NCBI GenBank assembly: GCA_903858915.1
Contig: CAIOKL010000278.1
Coordinates: 1 to 38,811 of the forward strand
Source: an uncultured Alphaproteobacteria bacterium
GTDB taxonomy: Bacteria > Pseudomonadota > Alphaproteobacteria > Rickettsiales > UBA1997
Reading direction: 5' to 3'
DNA: 38,811 nucleotides
In this document: one piece after another, positions 18,949-27,600 of the stretch
Layout: each line of letters starts with the position of its first letter
Position numbering within the stretch: the stretch's first letter is position 1
Notes under the pieces: model-generated
What the model saw: the letters and a program-made list of their open reading frames with translations, nothing else
What the model was told of the DNA's origin: nothing
The model's database searches: none
Position numbers and translations under genes: made by a program

Positions 18949-20088
18949 TTAAATCCAAGGTCTATCATATTCCGGCGCGCTTTCAGAGAGAGGCGAAGAC
19001 GGAATATCCGCATAAATTTCGCCATTCATTTTAATAACGACTCGACCGGTATCGGTGACTATGCCAATTACCGCAAAATCCAAGCCCCATTTATCAAAAA
19101 TTTTCTTAGCAAAATCTTCTCTTTCGGGTTTAACAATCATTAACATTCTTTCTTGGCTTTCGGAAAGCATAATTTCGTAAGGAGTCATATTTTTTTCGCG
19201 TTGCGGAACTTTTTCGAGTTCAAGTTCGATGCCGGTTCCGCCCTTCCCCGACATTTCGAAAGAAGATGAGGTCAAGCCCGCGGCGCCCATATCTTGAATT
19301 GACAAAATGCAATCACTTTGCATTAATTCGAGACAAGCTTCGAGAAGTAATTTTTCTGCGAAAGGGTCGCCAACTTGAACCGTCGGGCGCTTATCTTCGT
19401 CGCCTTCTTTGAATTCATCGGAAGCCATGACCGCGCCATTGATGCCGTCGCGACCAGTTTTTGAACCAACATAAACAACGCTGGCTCCAACTTCGGACGC
19501 CGCGGAATAGAAAATTTTATTTTGATCCGCCAAGCCGACCGTCATTGCGTTGACAATGATATTGCCATTATAACTTTTGTGGAAAGTGACTTCGCCACCA
19601 ACGGTTGGAACGCCTACGCAATTGCCATATCCGCCGATTCCCGAAACTACTCCATTAACGAGTTGTTTGGTTTTTGGGTGAGAAATTTCGCCAAATCTTA
19701 ACGCGTTTAAATTAGCAATCGGACGCGCGCCCATTGTAAAGACATCGCGCAAAATTCCGCCAACTCCAGTTGCCGCGCCTTGATAAGGCTCGATGAAAGA
19801 CGGATGATTGTGACTTTCCATTTTAAAAATAACCGCTTGACCGTCACCGATATCGATGACTCCGGCGTTTTCACCCGGACCGCAAATTACCCACGGAGCT
19901 GTGGTGTGCATGGTTTTTAGCCATTTTTTGGTTGATTTGTAAGAGCAATGTTCGCTCCACATTGCCGAAAAAATTCCAAGTTCGGTAATTGTGGGTGTGC
20001 GACCTAGAATTTCAAGGACTTTGGAATATTCTTCTTGAGTTAAATTGTGATCTTTGATTAATTTTTCAGTGATTTCAATGTTTTTCAT
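18949..20088 (-). CDS. purL: FGAM synthase II (PurL), N-terminal half only (truncated or split)
   Basis: [16 protein letters not shown] and [25 protein letters not shown] motifs identify PurL. The ORF stops after 379 aa (...APEYDRPWI), while three-subunit-type PurL is normally about twice that length. Downstream is a 189-nt AT-rich non-coding spacer. Confidence 0.8.
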   Translation of the reverse strand: MKNIEITEKLIKDHNLTQEEYSKVLEILGRTPTITELGIFSAMWSEHCSYKSTKKWLKTMHTTAPWVICGPGENAGVIDIGDGQAVIFKMESHNHPSFIEPYQGAATGVGGILRDVFTMGARPIANLNALRFGEISHPKTKQLVNGVVSGIGGYGNCVGVPTVGGEVTFHKSYNGNIIVNAMTVGLADQNKIFYSAASEVGASVVYVGSKTGRDGINGAVMASDEFKEGDEDKRPTVQVGDPFAEKLLLEACLELMQSDCILSIQDMGAAGLTSSSFEMSGKGGTGIELELEKVPQREKNMTPYEIMLSESQERMLMIVKPEREDFAKKIFDKWGLDFAVIGIVTDTGRVVIKMNGEIYADIPSSPLSESAPEYDRPWI

Positions 20089-20285
20089 TTTGATAAAAAT
20101 TCTTTGATATAAAGATAAAAATTTGCCGACAAATCTACTTTAAAAAAATCCAAATAACAAGAAAAAATTTATTAAAAAAATCTTACAAAAAAAATGCTAA
20201 AATAAAATCAAAAACTTACTTGTCTTATAGAAAAAAAAGGTTAAAATTTAATAGTTATTTTTAATTTCATAAATTGCATTTTTTC

Positions 20286-21665
20286 ATGAATAAATTTATC
20301 GTTTACGGCCTAGGAATTTCAGGGATTTCGACCGCTAAAGCACTTGCCCAAAAAAACTTTGAAGTTACTGCAACCGATGATAATCAAAGGCTAATAGAAG
20401 ATGATGCTCAAAAATACCCAGAAATAAATTTCAAAAACTGTTCTGAAATTTCTTTCGATAAAGACACCAAAATTTCATTTGCTCCCGGAATCCCTCTGCA
20501 CTTCCCAAGGCCACATAAAATTCTCGAAATTTGTCAGAAAACTCAAGCGCAATTATCGTGTGATATTGAAATTTTTTACGAATTAAATCACTTAAATAAT
20601 AATTTTATTGGCATCACGGGAACTAACGGCAAATCAACGACTACAGCCTTAACTGGCTTCATTTTTGAGAACCTAAAAGTGCCATCAAAAATTGGCGGAA
20701 ATATTGGTATTGCTTGCTTCGACTTGCCACAAAATCAAAATAATTTTAACTACATTTTAGAAGTTTCTTCATATCAACTTGATTTGATGAAAAATGTGCG
20801 TTTTAACATCGCATGTCTTTTGAATATTACGCCCGATCACATTGATCGCCACGGCTCTTTTGAAGAATATATTCACTCCAAAAAAAGAATTTTTTTGAAT
20901 CAAAATGCGCAAGATTTTGCCGTAATCGACATTGATAATCCGAACTCCGCAAAAGTTTTTGCAGAATTAAAAAATAATCAAAATTTTCAAGCAAATTTAG
21001 TTGAAATTTCTACCGCAAAAATTCCGCAAAATGGCGTTGCGGTTATTGAAAATAAAGTTTTGGTAAATTTACAAAATCAAAAATTTGAATTTGAAATTAA
21101 TCCAATTTTAAAGGGTAAACATAATCACCAAAATATCGCTTGCGCTATTGCAATTACTTGTTGCTATCTCATTAAAAATGCGCAATTTAATCAACAAAAA
21201 ATTCAACAAATTATTAAAATTATTGAAGAATTTAAAGGCTTAAAACACCGTATGCAATTGGTGGGAGCGGTTGATGGAATTAGCTTTGTCAACGATAGCA
21301 AAGCTACCAATGCCGAATCAACCGAAAACGCATTAAAATCTTATGATAATATTTTTTGGATTTTGGGCGGTAAAGCCAAAGAAGGCGGAATTGAAAGCCT
21401 CAAGCCCTATTTTTCAAAAATTCAAAAAGCTTATTTAATCGGTGAAGCTTCCGATGAATTTGCTAAATTTCTTGCGCAAAATTTCGTAAATTATGAAAAA
21501 TGCCAAACACTTAAAAACGCTTTCGATAAAGCTTTGATCGATGCAAAATCATCAAATTTAATTGAAAAAAACATTATTCTCTCACCCGCATGCGCTTCAT
21601 TTGATCAATGGAAAAATTTTGAAGAGCGCGGTGATTTTTTTTGTAAATTAGTAAATGATATTTAA
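20286..21665 (+). CDS. murD: UDP-N-acetylmuramoylalanine--D-glutamate ligase
   Basis: N-terminal VYGLGISGIS and Mur ligase P-loop GITGTNGKSTT. The ORF-track start at 20274 is TTG; I prefer the ATG at 20286 (MNKFIVYGLG). Confidence 0.92.
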   Translation: MNKFIVYGLGISGISTAKALAQKNFEVTATDDNQRLIEDDAQKYPEINFKNCSEISFDKDTKISFAPGIPLHFPRPHKILEICQKTQAQLSCDIEIFYELNHLNNNFIGITGTNGKSTTTALTGFIFENLKVPSKIGGNIGIACFDLPQNQNNFNYILEVSSYQLDLMKNVRFNIACLLNITPDHIDRHGSFEEYIHSKKRIFLNQNAQDFAVIDIDNPNSAKVFAELKNNQNFQANLVEISTAKIPQNGVAVIENKVLVNLQNQKFEFEINPILKGKHNHQNIACAIAITCCYLIKNAQFNQQKIQQIIKIIEEFKGLKHRMQLVGAVDGISFVNDSKATNAESTENALKSYDNIFWILGGKAKEGGIESLKPYFSKIQKAYLIGEASDEFAKFLAQNFVNYEKCQTLKNAFDKALIDAKSSNLIEKNIILSPACASFDQWKNFEERGDFFCKLVNDI

Positions 21666-24600
21666 AAAAATTTATACATTTTTAAACAGTTACTTCAATG
21701 GAAATAAGCTTTCCAAAGCCCTTTGGACGCTTATTTTTATTTTTACCCTCGCCTTTTCGGGCGTTTTATTTTTTACAGTTAAATCTATTGCGCGAACTGC
21801 AGCTCAACAAGAAGCTATAGCAGAACTTGCTAGTCAGGGGATTATTTACGGCGAAACTGAATGGGAAGCAGAGGAGAGGGAGAGGTTAGCGGCTGAAAAT
21901 GCGAGAATAGCTCAAGCTGCTTCATCTCTAACTTTAACAAATATGAACACCGCGCCAACTGTTAGTTATGTTTCAAGTGGGTTTTCGGTCGATAAAGTAA
22001 ACGAGTTTCATATTTTATATCAAAAACAAGGTCTTCTAGATAATAAAATTTATACTTCATATTTACCTCCCAAAGATACTTTTAACAAAGACACAGGGAC
22101 TGAACACACTCTTGATCCTTGTCTTTATTTGGGTCAGAGTGGACTTAAAATGATCGGAAGAGATTGTATGATCAAAATTCCATTTGACTGCGGAAGCCCT
22201 CCAAATCAAATAACGGCAAAACCGGGCGAAAATTGCCTTTCATATTCGGCCGTATTTAACACCATTTCTGGTGGCAAAAAACTTGATCCAAAAAATTGTT
22301 CCGGTGTTGGCGCTGTAGATAAAACCAATTGCTTATCAACGCAAAGACCTTATTGCCACCTTACTCAAAACCCAATACTTGGAATTAATTGTAGACTTGC
22401 GCCGTGTAATTTAATTCCAAATCATCAATATCGAAGACCCGGAGTTAATTGTTTGGCGGATTGTAATGATATTTCGGGAATCCATATTTCCGAAGCACAA
22501 TTTTTTATGGAAGGTTTTAATTGCTTATCTTCTTGCCGAACTTCTACGCCAAAATCAATTGGGGCAAATTGCGTTTTAGAGTTCAATGATTATGTAATGC
22601 CATTATGTACTGTCATCGATGCAAACACAAAACATTTTAACCTAACCACCGATCAAACTAGAAGAGAGGGATGTTTAGATGTTATCGATTTGCCTCTCTG
22701 CGTAGGTGGTGGCGATCAAGAACTTCAAAATTGTGTTAAAGAATGCAATGCCGTAACTTCTGGTAGTCACAATAAAAATTGTGTTAATTTTGATCAACTA
22801 TCGAGCGCTAAATATAATGGATATGTAAATAAAAAATGCCATAGTTATTTTGACATAACCAGTTTGGGCGCGAATCCAAATTGCACTAAAATCGAATGTG
22901 ATAAACTATCAATTACAGAATTAGCCAGATCTCTTAATATATTTGATGTTACGGAGAATCGAAAATATTGTACTCTTGCAAAATATACAAACTTTAGTAT
23001 CGCTCAATTTTATGCAATAAATTCTATAGAACCTTCTAAAGCCTATCTCAGAGAATATGCTTTGGCGGATAAGCCTTGCTATTCTAGAGGAGATACCGAA
23101 GAAATTGAAACAATTCTCAGTAGCGCTTTTTTTGGTAGCTTCGGTAATACCAAAATTGCATATTTAAAAGCTCACGCCAAGAGTAAATATAGCATTGAAA
23201 ACATTACAGTTTCAGATGAACAAGTTACCAAGGGGCATGCAGATTTTGTTTCAGATTACATTTATGCACCCGAAAGCATGTGCCATGTAGACAACGCCTC
23301 TCAAATGATCTCGTGCGAAAATTATAAAAGAAGCGAAATCCCCACAGCTCCTTACGATTGCAATGCTAAATCTTTTTGTGCGAATTGTCCGCAGACAATA
23401 ACTGGTATTTGCTCTCAAGAATCAGATCAATATTGCTATAAAAATGGCATAAATTGTAATAGTTCAATTAATCAAATTTATCCGGTATGTTCAAGAACTC
23501 TTGTGGCGGAATCTAGACCTACTTCTGACGAATATGTTTCTTGGTTCTTCAGGCCAAATGTTCCGGGGGATGCCATAAAAACTAATAATACTAATACAAC
23601 GACTTCTTTAGCTGCTATGAGTGGTTATCCAACCGAAAGCGTTACTACTAACAATCCTAATGAAACTATCTACATGAATATAGATAATATGAAAGCAAAT
23701 GGATACGGAGCAGACTTCTTAGGATTCGGAGTTAGTCGACGAATAACTCCTCCATCTCAAGGTATGGATATGGGAATTCCCGGTGTTGGAGCTGGATATA
23801 TTTGCGGAATGGGAGGAAATTATCGCGGAGTTCCAAATAATGATTCCGCTTATTTTAGAGGTGAAGTTCAAACCAATTATGAAATGGACGGAAAAGTTTC
23901 GCATGCTGTAGATGTTTGTATTAGATATGCAAGTGGATCCAATGCATTACAAAGTTGTGGATATAGAGACTGTCATAGTTCTTGTGCCTTCGGAATTTGT
24001 ACAAAAATATGTGGAATCGATGTTTGTAGAACTCTAAAAATAGTAGAAGGTCCAAATGTGCCGATTCAAAATTGTGGTTCTAATGATTATAACTTTAGAA
24101 ACGGCAATGGTGCCGAATGTGTTAAAACATACCAAACAAGTCTTGATGCCGTTAGTGAAAATACAAGAGTTAGAATTTATAAACCAGATGCTAGTAATTA
24201 TATATGCGCCGTTCTTGAATTTCATGGTATTACAACGGATCTTCAAACAAACCCATTTTTTAATGGAACGGAATATTTTTCGGTACCAGATCAAAATAAT
24301 AAAGGTGAAGCTAGAAAAATTTGCGTTAGCGGAACTTATGTAAAAAGTTCTGATTCTTGCGTTAATGGTATCGACTCAAATGGTGACAAAGCTAATTCAA
24401 ATACTTGGAGAACTTCCAAAATAATTAAATATATCATGGAGCCGTCGGTCGATAACTATATTGATCAATATGGCATCGGTCCAGTTGATTTAAGTTCAAA
24501 ACATACCGATCCAGAAACCAAAAAAGAAGTTAATCAAACTATTGGTAGAGTTAATTTTAATGTTAAAAGATACTTTGAAACTTCGGATTGTATTAAACAT

Positions 24601-27600
24601 AAACAAAGAATTGGTGCGCCAGTTTACCATTCTGTAGCTACAATTATAAATTCAGAAAGGCTTTTTTTGCCATCTATTATTATTGAAAAAAAATGTAAAA
24701 TTGCATCATTGGGAACTGAGTGTGAAAATGTTGATGAAACTGATTTTTTTAAACCGGCTATTTTAATTTTGTATGGTGGAAAAGATGTTTCTAGCTCAAT
24801 ACTCTCTGATGATCCAAGCACTCTAAACACCAACTACAAAATTCTTAAAATTGATGCTACAGAAAATGTAAGCGCTGATTATATCATAAAAGCTGCTAAT
24901 TTTGGAATTTCGGGAATAGATGTTTCTCAAAGAGTTTTTATTAAAAAAGAATTTTCTGCCTCTCAACCTAAATTATGTTTGTATAAAAAGACTCCTATGG
25001 GAACTAATCCCGAAACATACAAAGAAGACATTATACAATGCGTAAATAGAAAAAGAGCGACTAGAGGTTTGATTCAACCCGCCGTAGTCGTACCAGCTCA
25101 TACCAATCTTTCATTTCAAACGGGCTTTTTAAAAAACGAAGGAGCTTCACATAATTCAATTATTGGAGAATTGCCAAAGCAAGAATTCCAATTTATCAAC
25201 ATGACAACAAATATAAGAAATAAAGAGGATTTAAAAAAATGTATTGATATTACTAGTCAGGGCTTCCCAATTTGCATTCAAAGAGAAGAATGCTCTCTTC
25301 TTAACAATGAATGTGTTGAAAATGAAAAAGCTTTAATTATCGAAAAAAATAGTGCCAATCCACAAATTGGAATTATTCAACAAAAAGAACTTACTAGCAA
25401 TTATTGCAAAAAAGAACTGCTTGCAAAATGTAATTCGAAAAAAGGTTATGCACTTACCGCTTCCAATCAAACTTTAAACACTTCAACAACTCAGGGCGTA
25501 GGTTTTAACGCAGAAAACAATCCCGCATATCACGGTTGGTTTAATGAATTTTGCATTGTAAGTGGCATAGAAAAACTCGATGACCCAGCTTCAAAAGTAT
25601 ATGTACTAACTCAGATTAATACCGATGGGCAATTAGGGTCTTGTATTAAAGATAATAATTGTGCAACTTGTAACGATCTTCGTTGTTTGAAAGCTAGCTG
25701 TTGTGCGATATTAGACGCTACTTTATTAAGCTCTGCGTCAGCTCGATTAGCAACTTCGCACGAACTTGGTTTATGTTATAATCTAGACAGTTATTTAAGA
25801 ACTTGTTCCGCAATTTCATATGGAAAAAATAGCGATATAAGTGATCCATTTTTTATCGGAGAAAGTTATTTAACTAATCCCCATCAATCGCATATAGACA
25901 GATTCAATTCATCGCCTTATCGCAGTTTCAATGCGGAATATGAAGTAGCTTATGCCGGCACCAGTTCTGTAAAAGGAAAATGCGTTGGTTTTTATAAAAA
26001 TGCAATTTCAGATACCGATCCAACGGCGAATTGTAATGCGAATGGAGAATGGGAAGGCTTTACCGAATCCTCATGCACAATGTATACTTGTCCGACTAAA
26101 AAACTGCCATTAGGCAATGGTGGCGCCGATTTAAATGGCGCATATCCTTCAGATTATGATGCGAGTGGAGTGCAACTATCTTCAAAAAGAGGCGTTATTG
26201 ACGGATATGCAAATTGGGAGTCGTTGAAAAAAACCACTATTCAAAAACAACAAGCGACGGCGACTTCATGTATTGTTGGATTTGCCAAAAAAAATGCCTC
26301 ATTTAATTCTAGCCAAATAAGCTTGGCCGAAGTTTCTCCAAGTGTATTACTCTCCTCATTTAATAACTATAAAGCAACTTTAAATCCTGAAGATCAGAAA
26401 GCGATTTTGTCGTTATTTAGCAAAATTAATGGCTATTCGGGCGGAAGCTCTCCAACTAGAAATTGTAATCAGCTTGGTTCTTGGGAATCGGTAACGGATT
26501 CTTGCGAAAGAATAACCTGCCCTCCCATTAAATTTACTGAGTCAGCTGATGCGGGCGCATTTAATTTGAATGATTATGATTTGACAGTAGCTGATTCTTC
26601 AGGTCAAAAAATTATTTATAGTATAAATTCTCCATACGGATCTTCAAGTGGCGACTTACCAACAAAAGCCAAATTTTTAACAAGCGTCGCTATAAATGCT
26701 CCGGCTTATTTATCGGTTACAAACAGCATGGATGCTTATAAATTTTTGATTAAAGATTCGGATGGTGTAAACAATGCCAGCATAGATAGAAATAAAGTTT
26801 ATGTAGTTGAGATTTCTGCGGGTAGTTGGAAAATAATTCCAAACCAAAATGATGATGTTTTAAAAATTTTGTGGCAAAAATCCGGCGGTGCTTCTTTTGA
26901 TAAAGGTTACGCTTTGCGAAGTAATCTATTTGATTACGAACCGACCGATGATCCCAATGATAAACACAGAGTCATTGGAACATGTAATGAAAAAATGGGA
27001 TTTAAATCTTTATCGCAAGAATCTAGACCTCAACTTACATGCGACTCAAGCGGTAATTGGGTAAATCTTTCAAATCCTTGCGTTACTGATTGCGGAGCGA
27101 TTTCCGATCCTGTGGCTAGAAACGCTATTCACGGATTTTCACGGTGGTTAAAATCAACTGCCGTAGTTGGTCAATCGAAAATTGAAACATCTAGTGGTTG
27201 TTCTGCAGGTGGTTATCAGCCATATCCATATACGCCATTATTTGACGAAGAAGGAACAAAAAAAGATTTTGGAATTGGTGCGAACGATAGAGAATTTATT
27301 ACATCCGATAACTTCGATGCTATAACCGTTTCAAATGACGGAGCCAATTTTATTGCGCAAGCTGGAACTGGAGAAAACTTAACTCCGTCGGTGAATAATA
27401 TTGATGGAATTTATTACAATCTTAAAATACAAACCTCGGTTTCCGATGTTCAAACATCCGCTTTCAGCTCAACTCAAGCTGGCGTTCAAACTGTATTTTA
27501 TTTATTTGACAGCGCGCAAAGACTCAGTATGTCTCCTCCTTCTAATGCGGTTTGGTCAAAAATTAATTTCTCAAGTTTCGGCACTCCCGACTATTCCATA

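Noticed and set aside
1786-20088. Nested or antisense ORFs inside housekeeping genes (for example 1786..1968, 1996..2349, 2474..2731, 3005..3232, 3913..4158, 4326..4634, 5811..5993, 6353..6646, 7889..8098, 8886..9095, 10392..10712, 13474..13671, 14056..14292, 15665..16026, 16302..16559, 16844..17098, 18946..19143)
   Set aside because: Each overlaps a gene with clear family motifs on the other strand or frame. None has recognisable motifs.
20220-20247. Sigma70-like promoter upstream of murD (TTGTCT, 16 nt, TAAAAT)
   Set aside because: In an intergenic region that is almost pure A/T, such matches arise by chance. There is no way to discriminate without transcript-start data.
1210-20285. ORF-track N-terminal extensions: lpxB to 1221, def to 5953, purC to 8283, ccmC to 17421, murD from 20274
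   Set aside because: The extensions for lpxB, ccmC and murD start at TTG, and those for def and purC overlap the upstream gene. In each case an internal ATG reproduces the canonical family N-terminus.
21664-21670. A7 homopolymer three codons into the giant ORF as a possible slipped-strand phase-variation switch
   Set aside because: A-runs of this length are common throughout this AT-rich window, including inside essential genes, so the tract is not distinctive. It would need population read data to support it.
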